Part shown: in pieces, positions 43,741 to 51,478 of the stretch
How positions within the stretch are numbered: position 1 is the stretch's first letter
How the letters are laid out: each line of letters starts with the position of its first letter
From: Rhodothermales bacterium
Lineage (GTDB): Bacteria; Bacteroidota; Rhodothermia; Rhodothermales; Bin80
Direction: 5' to 3'
Length of the DNA stretch: 64,000 nucleotides
NCBI GenBank assembly: GCA_963665975.1
Contig: OY762508.1
Location: forward strand, 916,585 to 980,584
Notes under the pieces: generated by a model
The model's database searches: none
What the model was told of the DNA's origin: nothing
Seen by the model: the letters and a program-made list of their open reading frames with translations, nothing else
Program-made: the position numbers and the translations under genes

Positions 43741-45417
43741 ATGATTCGCCGTAGCTCACGCCTCTTCTTCCTCCTCTTTCTGACAGCAGCCTGCCGCTCC
43801 GAAGAGCCTGCACTACCATTATCGCTGTTGCCGCCAGATGCGGAGCGTAGCACGCACGCGGAGTTGGTCGACTTTTTCCACGCGTGGAGAAATTTCCAGG
43901 CGCCGGTTATGACAGAGGGCATCCCGGACTATTCTCTCCAGGCGATGTCCCTGCAGCGTCGCACGCTCCCCGCCTGGCAAACGGCCCTTGCCGCCGTTGA
44001 TACTTCCGGCTGGTCCGTGGAAGAGCAGATCGACTGGTATCTGGTATGGGCGGAAATGAACGGTCTGGACTTCGCGCATCGAGTGACGCGACCGTGGGCG
44101 CGCGATCCCGCCTTCTACACGTGGTTCTATCCGTCCCCCACCGACGTTCCTGAGCGCGAGGGTCCCAACATCCATGGCGCCATTGAGCTGCCGCGCTACA
44201 CGTGGCCGCTCTCAGGGCAGGATGCGGCCACCATTGCCGTACGTCTGCGCAGAATGGAAGAAGTTCTCTCCGCGGGACGGCGCAACCTGACGGGAAGCGG
44301 GAAGGATCTCTGGACCCTGGCCGTACGCTCGATGCGGGAGCAAAGCGCGGATCTGGAGTCGTTTGCCCAGTCAGTGGAAGCGGACTATCCGGATCTGGCC
44401 TCGGCCGCACGCGAGGCACGTCTGGCGTCAGAGGCTTTCGCCGACTGGATCACCGAGCAGCTGCCAACGAAAACCGGGCCATCCGGCTTGGGTAAGGATC
44501 ACTATTCTTGGAATCTGAGAAACGTTCATCTTCTACCATATTCGTGGGAGGAACAAGTCGTGATCATGCGACGGGAGCTCGCCCGCGCCCACGCCGCACT
44601 GCGTCTTGAAGAGCACCGTAACCGTGCGCTCCCGCGACTCTCCAGAATAGACACCCGGGAGGAGTACGATCGCCGGCTGCACGCCGCCGTTACCGAGTAC
44701 ATAGCGTTCCTTAAAGAGGAAGAGATCGTCCCTGTAAAGGGGTACATGGATGCCGCGCTACGCGCACAGGTAGGACGCTTCGCGCCGGCCGAAGGATTGC
44801 GCGGATTCTTTTCGGAGATTACGTATCGAGATCCTATCGTGATGCGCACCCACCATTACCATTGGATCGACCTTGCGCGCATGCGCGATGAAGCGCACCA
44901 GAGTCCTGTTCGTCGCACTCCGCTTCTATACAACATCTTTGACGGTCGGGCAGAGGGAATGGCTACGGGCATGGAGGAAATGATGATGCATGCCGGGCTC
45001 CTGGACGATCGTCCGCGCGCTCGCGAGCTGGTGTGGATCCTGTTGGCGCAGCGGGCGGCACGTGGCCTTGGCGGCCTCTATCAGCACGGGCTGGAAATGA
45101 CCTTCGAGGAAGCCACCCAATATGCTTCCAAGTGGACACCGTGGGGCTTGCTCCCGGCTGAGGGAAGCACGATCCAGCACGAAGAGCAATTCTACTTGCA
45201 GCAGCCTGCCTACGGCACGAGCTATGTCATCGGAAAGATTGAAATCGAGCATCTCATCGCCGAGTACGCCCGGCAGCGCGAAGGGCGGTTCGTGCTATCA
45301 GAATTCATGGAGGAGTTCAATCGGGCCGGTGTCATTCCGGTATCCCTGATCTACTGGGAGCTTACCGGAGACAAGTCCATGCTAGAGCGGGCTATTGGAG
45401 GGAGCGAAGGCTCGTGA
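43741..45417 (+). CDS. DUF885 family protein (probable lipoprotein)
   Basis: Signal/lipobox FLLFLTAAC. The C-terminal region ...EGMATGMEEMMMHAGLL...QQPAYGTSYVIGKIEIEHL is typical of DUF885 as I remember it. Confidence 0.7.
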   Translation: MIRRSSRLFFLLFLTAACRSEEPALPLSLLPPDAERSTHAELVDFFHAWRNFQAPVMTEGIPDYSLQAMSLQRRTLPAWQTALAAVDTSGWSVEEQIDWYLVWAEMNGLDFAHRVTRPWARDPAFYTWFYPSPTDVPEREGPNIHGAIELPRYTWPLSGQDAATIAVRLRRMEEVLSAGRRNLTGSGKDLWTLAVRSMREQSADLESFAQSVEADYPDLASAAREARLASEAFADWITEQLPTKTGPSGLGKDHYSWNLRNVHLLPYSWEEQVVIMRRELARAHAALRLEEHRNRALPRLSRIDTREEYDRRLHAAVTEYIAFLKEEEIVPVKGYMDAALRAQVGRFAPAEGLRGFFSEITYRDPIVMRTHHYHWIDLARMRDEAHQSPVRRTPLLYNIFDGRAEGMATGMEEMMMHAGLLDDRPRARELVWILLAQRAARGLGGLYQHGLEMTFEEATQYASKWTPWGLLPAEGSTIQHEEQFYLQQPAYGTSYVIGKIEIEHLIAEYARQREGRFVLSEFMEEFNRAGVIPVSLIYWELTGDKSMLERAIGGSEGS

Positions 45418-45607
45418 ACATGCCAGAACCGAGCCTTATGCGGCATGTGGAATACTGTTTGGATATCCTGGCAATGGCGCCTGGCGGTGTACGCCCGGTG
45501 CTGGAGCATGCAAGTACCTGCATCATGGAGCTAGGCATACTCAAGACCAGAATCCCGGCCAACCAAGACAGGGTTGGTTGCTTCAGCACGAACAAGACTC
45601 CATGGGC

Positions 45608-45823
45608 CTATATAATCCGCTGCGCCCGCCCGACAGTGATCCCGTGGTAGCTATTCCGCTCGTCGCGCGAGATTTAGGCGGCCGAGACGCAGAGTCGCTC
45701 GGCCAGCTCCTGCTGCGTCAACCCGAGCGCGATTCGCGCACCCACGAGCCAGCGCCCGATATGGGCGAGACTGAACAGCAGCCAGAGGTCGCCTCGCCGC
45801 AGTCGCTCGTTGCTCCTCTCCAC
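45608..45823 (-). pseudogene. XRE-family helix-turn-helix gene interrupted by an in-frame TAA (plus-strand 45674-45676)
   Basis: Minus-strand frame from the GTG at 45823 reads VERSNERLRRGDLWLLFSLAHIGRWLVGARIALGLTQQELAERLCVSAA*ISRDERNSYHGITVGRAQRII*. The stop falls where XRE proteins normally have Q/T in ..vS..qISr.Er. This frame is not in the supplied ORF track because each half is under 60 aa. Confidence 0.55.
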
Positions 45824-45954
45824 CGTTGGAAGAGAGAGAAGAAACCATATCAGACATCATCGACCCCGAAAACTAACCGTCTGCGAAAACGGCGTGGATC
45901 CAAATATGGGGTTTTGTACTGGTTCGTGTTGGCGGTTTTTGGAGAGTATGTAGG

Positions 45955-46206
45955 TCAGTCATGGATGCCTACGAGATACCAGGCGCCCTGGGCGCGGCAA
46001 CGGCGGCAGATGAGGTAGACGCCGTGACCGGTTACCACCTCATAGTAGGTGTGACGGACTTCCCTGTCCCACCATGCGGTCTGCACGACCCACACACGCA
46101 GGATGTGTTGGATGACGTAGGTTCGGCCCTGGCTACGGAGACGCCTAAATGCGAGTGGCCGCGCTCCCGAGCAGCGCACATGAATCACTTCTTCCAGATG
46201 CTTCAT
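45955..46206 (-). CDS. small Trp/Tyr-rich hypothetical protein (83 aa) overlapping the dnaE2 3' end
   Basis: ATG at 46206 (MKHLEEVIHV...); the ORF is open from the GTG at 46266. The sequence RPLAFRRLRSQGRTYVIQHILRVWVVQTAWWDREVRHTYYEVVTGHGVYLICRRCRAQGAWYLVGIHD has globular, non-shadow-like composition. It overlaps the poorly conserved last ~20 codons of dnaE2 by 62 nt. Confidence 0.5.
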   Translation of the reverse strand: MKHLEEVIHVRCSGARPLAFRRLRSQGRTYVIQHILRVWVVQTAWWDREVRHTYYEVVTGHGVYLICRRCRAQGAWYLVGIHD

Positions 46207-49200
46207 GGTCCTGGCTTGCAAAGCTGTCGCGCCCTCCTCCCATCTGTAGGTGGCCGCCGTACCCACCCAGCACCCTGGGAAGGGGCCAAGCCTGCAGGAT
46301 GACGAGGGCGCGCCATCGCCCCTGGGCCTGGAGCTGGCCCATGATAACCACGGCCGGAGCCCGCAAAGCCTGGTGGAGCCGGTCGACCTGCCCTGGATAG
46401 ACGATGGCCTGCACGACGCCCGTCTCGTCCTCTAGCGTGATAAAGACGACGCCCTTGGCCGTCGGCGGCCGCTGTCGCATGATGACGCGGCCGGCTACGC
46501 GCACTATGCCCCCGGTATGCCGCTGCAGCTCCTGGATGGTGGTCACCCGCAGGGCCTTCAGCGCGGCGCGGGCGGAGGCCACCGGATGCATGGCGCTCGT
46601 GCCGGTAGACACAAGATCCCAGGAGAGGCGCTCGGTAGCCGTAATCGGGGGCAACTGCGGGATGTCGTCCTCCTCGATGGCGTTGCCGCCGAAGAGTCGT
46701 GCGGGCGTTTCGCTGCCCGGCATGCCGTGGCGCTGCTCCAGAACACCGATTTCCCAGAGGGCCCGGCGCCGGTCGCCAGCCAGATCGTCCAGGACGCCGG
46801 CCCGGGCCAGGGCGCGAAACTGGTCGTGATCCAGCGCGGTGCGACAGTACAGGTCTTCCACGGACAGAAAGGCGCCCGCTGTCAGGCGCGCCCACTGTAT
46901 TTCGGCGGCGGCCTCGGCAGAAAGGCCCGCCACCACGTGCAGCGGGCGCCGGATGCATAACGACCCTCCTTCGTCACGCTCCAGCGCATACCGCGCAGCG
47001 CTGTGCTGGACGCACGCCCGCAGCATGCGCACACCCATGCGCTGCGCCTCCTTTTCCAGGGTAAGCGCGTCGTACATGCCAGGCCTGTGCTCGAGAATGC
47101 CCGCGAAATAGGCGGCCGGATGGTGCTGCTTCAGGTAGGCGCTGTGGTATACGGTACGTGCAAAGGCGGCAGCATGGCTGCGGCAGAATCCGTATCCAAC
47201 GTATCCGGATACCTTCGCGAAAACCTCCCGCGCCGTCTCCAGCGGAATACCCTTCCGCACGGCGGCGCCAATGAAGATCTCCTTCATTTCCGTCATCTCT
47301 TCCGGATCGCGGTATTTCGACATCAGGCGCCGAAACCCGTCCGCCTCCTCCAGGCTCATACCGGCGAATCTGTGGGCAATCTCCAGGATCTGCTCCTGAA
47401 AAAGTACGACGCCATAGGTGTCCCGCAGGATGGGTTCGAGCAGTGGATGGTCATACACGACGGCCTCTTCGCCGCGGCGACGACGGATGAAGGGATGCAC
47501 CATGTCGGCCTGCAGGGGGCCGGGGCGGAAGATGGCCACCTGGGTGACAAGGTCCTGGAAGGAATATGGCTGATGACCTGCCACCAGGTGCATCTGTCCC
47601 ATGGACTCGATCTGGAAGAGCCCCAGGTTGTCGCCCTTCCGGATGGAGGCATAGGTCTCGGCATCGTCCAGAGGAAGCGCATCGATCCAGTCGCCTTTCG
47701 GCATGTCCTCGCCACGTTCGTGCTCGGCGACCAGGCGGCTTGCCATGTCCACGGTGGCCAGCATCCGCAGCCCCAGAACATCGAACTTGACCAGGCCCAG
47801 TGCCTCGACATCATCCTTGTCGAACTGCACCATGCGCACGCCGTTGGCAGAGTGCTGGACGGGGGAAAACTGCCAAAGCGGATTGCGGGAGAGAATCATG
47901 CCTCCGCTGTGCAGTCCCAGATGGCGCGGCACGCCATTGAGAGAGGCCACGCACCACACCAGCGTATCCATCATGGGCGAGGCGCCGATGGCCGCATCCA
48001 GGTCACTTCTGAAGGTATGGATTTCCCTGGTGGAGCGGCTGCGCGGGACGGCCTTCGAAATACGGCTCAACTCCCGGGCTGGCCAGCCCAGGGCCTTTGC
48101 CACGTCACGGATTGCTAGGCGGAGCCCGTAGCAGACGAGCGTCGCTGTCATGGCCGTGTGCTCGGGCCCGAAGCGCTGCTCTATCCAGGCGATGATTTCG
48201 TCGCGGCGGTCCGCGTCGAAATCGACATCAATGTCCGGCGTGCCCACGCACCCGCGGTGCAAGAAGCGCTCGAAGAGCAGGTTCTGCTCTATGGGGCAGA
48301 CCGTCGTGATGCCGAGCAGGTAGGCGATGATCGAATTGGCGGCCGAGCCCCGGCCGGCATAGCGAATACCTCTGCGCTGCGCCTCTGTGATGATTTCATG
48401 GACGACAAGGAAAAAGTCGCACAGGCCAAGATCCGCTATCGTGGCAATCTCGTGCTCCATCTGCCGGCATGCGGCAGCAGCATGCGAGGCGTTGCGATAG
48501 CGCCGCCACAGGCCCTCATTGCAGAGCCGCCACAGCAGCGGCAGCGCCTGCGCCGGGTCTTCAAGCCGGGGTGCAGGAGGAATGAGACGGTTCGGCAGCA
48601 GGTCGACATTACAGGCGGCGGCAACATCGGCTGCGCGATCAAAAGCGCGCGGATGAGGCAGGAGCCTGCGCAGTGCGCCCGGGGCGCGGAGAAAGGCCTC
48701 GCCATTGGAGGGCCGCTCCGGCATATGGTCAAAGACGGTGCAGCCCAGGCGGATGCAAGTCATGAGGTCGTAGCGTGCATACGCCTCCGGCCGCGCAAAG
48801 CGCACGTCGCCACCTATGATGGGTTCGACATGACATGTGGTGGCAAGCTCCATGAGTGCGCGCAAAAAAGCCGCATCCCGTTCGTGCAGGTGATGCCAGA
48901 GTTCCACGGACAAGCGGTCGCCAAAGATCGCCGCGAGACGGTCCAAGCACTGCTGTGCTGCAGACTGCGATATCATCAGCGTACGGGCAAGTAGCCCCTC
49001 ACGCCCTCCGGTAAGACAGAAAAGGTTGCCGGAAGGCGTCAGGTCATCGAGCGTGAGCGGACTCTCAAGGCTTTGCGTAAGAAGCTGACAGAGTTCTCCG
49101 TACCCCTCCCTGTTGGCACAGAGCAGCACCAGGTATCCCCCTTCGACGAGAAGCTCGGCTCCGTAGACAGGCTTTATGCCATGGGTCTGACAGGCTTTCG

Positions 49201-49351
49201 CAAAGCGTACGGCTCCACGGACGCCCTGCACATCGGTAAGCGCAAGCGTATCCATGCCGATCCGGGCGGCCTCCGCGACCAACTCCCCGGGAGAGGAGCC
49301 CCCGGCGAGGAGCGAAAAGTGGGAGCGCACATGAAGGTAGGTGAAAGACAT
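46145..49351 (-). CDS. dnaE2: error-prone DNA polymerase DnaE2 (Pol III alpha-like, C-family)
   Basis: PHP domain start MSFTYLHVRSHFSLLAGGSSP, polymerase core, an OB-fold near the C-terminus (GVVFITLEDETGVVQAIVY), and ~1068 aa. It lies 2 nt downstream of an imuB-like gene. Confidence 0.9.
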   Translation of the reverse strand: MSFTYLHVRSHFSLLAGGSSPGELVAEAARIGMDTLALTDVQGVRGAVRFAKACQTHGIKPVYGAELLVEGGYLVLLCANREGYGELCQLLTQSLESPLTLDDLTPSGNLFCLTGGREGLLARTLMISQSAAQQCLDRLAAIFGDRLSVELWHHLHERDAAFLRALMELATTCHVEPIIGGDVRFARPEAYARYDLMTCIRLGCTVFDHMPERPSNGEAFLRAPGALRRLLPHPRAFDRAADVAAACNVDLLPNRLIPPAPRLEDPAQALPLLWRLCNEGLWRRYRNASHAAAACRQMEHEIATIADLGLCDFFLVVHEIITEAQRRGIRYAGRGSAANSIIAYLLGITTVCPIEQNLLFERFLHRGCVGTPDIDVDFDADRRDEIIAWIEQRFGPEHTAMTATLVCYGLRLAIRDVAKALGWPARELSRISKAVPRSRSTREIHTFRSDLDAAIGASPMMDTLVWCVASLNGVPRHLGLHSGGMILSRNPLWQFSPVQHSANGVRMVQFDKDDVEALGLVKFDVLGLRMLATVDMASRLVAEHERGEDMPKGDWIDALPLDDAETYASIRKGDNLGLFQIESMGQMHLVAGHQPYSFQDLVTQVAIFRPGPLQADMVHPFIRRRRGEEAVVYDHPLLEPILRDTYGVVLFQEQILEIAHRFAGMSLEEADGFRRLMSKYRDPEEMTEMKEIFIGAAVRKGIPLETAREVFAKVSGYVGYGFCRSHAAAFARTVYHSAYLKQHHPAAYFAGILEHRPGMYDALTLEKEAQRMGVRMLRACVQHSAARYALERDEGGSLCIRRPLHVVAGLSAEAAAEIQWARLTAGAFLSVEDLYCRTALDHDQFRALARAGVLDDLAGDRRRALWEIGVLEQRHGMPGSETPARLFGGNAIEEDDIPQLPPITATERLSWDLVSTGTSAMHPVASARAALKALRVTTIQELQRHTGGIVRVAGRVIMRQRPPTAKGVVFITLEDETGVVQAIVYPGQVDRLHQALRAPAVVIMGQLQAQGRWRALVILQAWPLPRVLGGYGGHLQMGGGRDSFASQDHEASGRSDSCALLGSAATRI

Positions 49352-49353
49352 GG

Positions 49354-50502
49354 TCAGCGCAGCGGTTTGAGTACCAGGCGCTCTTCCGGAAAGAGGGAGT
49401 CCTTCTGCTCGACGCGCAGCAGCGCCTGATGTCCGTAGCGTTGCTGCAGTTGGTGGACAGCGTGAAGCAGGGCAGGCTCTTCCGTGCGGGGCGTAAAGAG
49501 GTCGCCCTGTGTATAGGCTCGTGGCACCAGGTCTCCGGCGGCAAGACGCAACGAGAGAATATCATGCATGGCAAGCCGGTGACACAGGCTTTCGTGGAGC
49601 CTGCTGGCAAGCCGCTGGAGGTCGGTTGCCGACGACAGCCCCCGCGACGCCATGTAGCGGGAGCTCACCATACCCCGCCCCGGAACGAAAGCTTCCAGGA
49701 CGAGAGTGAGAGCGGCTAATCCCTGAAGCTTCCGGGCCAGATGCTCAGCAAGACGCAGGATGGCGGCCCGGATCCAGGGCTTTCCGGCAGGAGAGGATAT
49801 CTCCAGTTCGTGCGTCACGTACACTTCCCTGTCAGGCTTGTAGACGGACACCACGGGCTCTCTGCCGGGGCGCAGAATGCGATCGAGAAGTGCTCCGATC
49901 TCGGCTCCGAACTGCGCACGCAAATGCCTTCTGTTAAGTCGACTGCGCACCGCGTTCAGATCGTTAAGCCCGAAAAGCCGCAGGCGCTCCGCCACCTCTG
50001 CGCCATCATCACCGAGGATGCCGCAGTCAAGCGTGAACACCGGCGTTTCGGCGAGAAACGCCGCTTTGTTGCATACGATGCGGAGGGTGGCGGGTGGTGC
50101 CAGCGACGCCGCCATATGCGTCCAGTCGGCATGAGAGGCCGCGGCGGCACGAAGTTCCACATGCTGCGCCACAAACTCTGCAAGGCCATAAATGTCAGGA
50201 TCCTGAAGCAGGAAACACCCCTGTCGCACGGCCTCCATACGGGGGCTGAAGCGGATCAGACGGCGAGCCAGGGCATTATGGGCCGCCTTTTCGCGTGCGT
50301 GGTTTCGAGGCTCGAAAACAGCATGTGCATACAGACTTCTGGCGCGCCCAAGGGGCATGCCCGCTTTCCAGTTCGCAAGGGGTGCGGAAACTGCAAGGGT
50401 ACGCCCTTCTTCATACACGATGACTACTCTGTCTCTGTGGCGCGTCACCTGGGCTGCCAGGTGTGGCCACTCTACGAGAGCATAACGGAGGAGTGCGGAC
50501 AT
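49354..50502 (-). CDS. imuB: ImuB-like Y-family DNA polymerase homolog (catalytic acidic residues not conserved)
   Basis: Y-family-like fold length and position directly upstream of dnaE2. The N-terminus YALVEWPHLAAQV replaces the DxDxF[FY]AxVE catalytic motif. I prefer the ATG at 50502; the longest ORF starts at 50541, inside the AT-rich palindrome region. Confidence 0.75.
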   Translation of the reverse strand: MSALLRYALVEWPHLAAQVTRHRDRVVIVYEEGRTLAVSAPLANWKAGMPLGRARSLYAHAVFEPRNHAREKAAHNALARRLIRFSPRMEAVRQGCFLLQDPDIYGLAEFVAQHVELRAAAASHADWTHMAASLAPPATLRIVCNKAAFLAETPVFTLDCGILGDDGAEVAERLRLFGLNDLNAVRSRLNRRHLRAQFGAEIGALLDRILRPGREPVVSVYKPDREVYVTHELEISSPAGKPWIRAAILRLAEHLARKLQGLAALTLVLEAFVPGRGMVSSRYMASRGLSSATDLQRLASRLHESLCHRLAMHDILSLRLAAGDLVPRAYTQGDLFTPRTEEPALLHAVHQLQQRYGHQALLRVEQKDSLFPEERLVLKPLR

Positions 50503-50530
50503 AATGATCGTATCACTACGGATTGAACAC

Positions 50531-50557
50531 GTATTATACATTGATAATACATATTAT
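50531..50557. promoter_or_regulatory. overlapping AT-rich palindromes upstream of imuB (candidate operator/promoter)
   Basis: GTATTAT-ACATTG-ATAATAC spans 50531-50550 and overlaps ATAAT-ACAT-ATTAT at 50544-50557. They lie within a 60-nt stretch (50521-50580) that I counted at 13/60 G+C. Confidence 0.4.
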
Positions 50558-50803
50558 GCAAAAAATGTGTAATAAAATTCACTGAAGACATTGTGTGACG
50601 TCTGTGACCTGACTCTTACCTGATTTCCTGCATTAGCTGCATAAGTACCCACTGAGGTACGTCTTGCTTTGAGGGTATAGCTGGTTCGAATTTTGATCAG
50701 TCCTGCACTGCACAGGAACACGTATGGCACTTGACTTTCTTGAGGCGAGATCTGTAAGTTGGGGGCGAAACAGTCGCTTTCCATTCCTCCGTAGGGGAAA
50801 GCC

Positions 50804-51058
50804 ATGGATCAGTATTTTATTGTAGTAGCATTTTTCGTGTTTGGCGCACTTGCATTGTTCGTGCATCATCGGTGGCTGCGAAATGCGAGTCCCAAGATCT
50901 TGTTATATGTCGCCATTGGCGGCGCTTCGTGTATGGCAGCTCTTTTTGTGCTGGGCTCTGCCCAGGTCACGACGGTGAGCGGAATCCTGATGGCGCTGCT
51001 TTTTGTGTTGGTAATTTCTCTTCGGTACCGAAACTACCGCAGATCAGTTGCAAATTGA
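50804..51058 (+). CDS. small hypothetical membrane protein (84 aa, 3 predicted TM helices)
   Basis: Strongly hydrophobic segments FIVVAFFVFGALALFV, ILLYVAIGGASCMAALFVLG and GILMALLFVLVISL. It is divergent from imuB. I recognise no family. Confidence 0.5.
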   Translation: MDQYFIVVAFFVFGALALFVHHRWLRNASPKILLYVAIGGASCMAALFVLGSAQVTTVSGILMALLFVLVISLRYRNYRRSVAN

Positions 51059-51478
51059 CATCAACGATGTCAATGTCCGGTCACGGTCATCTTGCGTTTT
51101 GTCATGACGTGCACCTCTGTTTTCAGAGGCAGACTACTATCTTGCAATACTGTCCAGTATTCCGGGTACCATACAGTCGCACGGGCACCTCGTCATCCAG
51201 CAATGCGGACAACGTGTAATCAAGGTTTTCACATGCACGTAATGACAGTGGCGTGAAGCATGCCTGAACCGATGCATCACGCCTGGCAGAGGCTCCCTGC
51301 GGCGCGAGAGGCATAATTATTCGCTATATTGGGTCTCGGCAACCGTCCGTGCCCCCGCACGAATATTTCGCATTCCCCATACGCGCAGAGCCACCCACCC
51401 GAACCAGCTCCGCTCGGCGCCGTGCTTTTGTGGCCACACGCCCGATGGCACTGCCAGTGCGATCAAACCGATTACCCC

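Noticed and set aside
50525-50536. GAACACGTATTA as a Gram-positive-type LexA (Cheo) box GAAC-N4-GTTC.
   Set aside because: Only the first half-site matches. The second half is ATTA, not GTTC.
51123-51314. 63-aa minus-strand ORF in the 420-nt gap before the FG-GAP gene, with a nearby CCTCTG-TTTT-CAGAGG hairpin (about 51114-51129).
   Set aside because: I recognise no family, there is no clear start context, and the hairpin lacks a T-tract. This is too weak to call a gene or a terminator.
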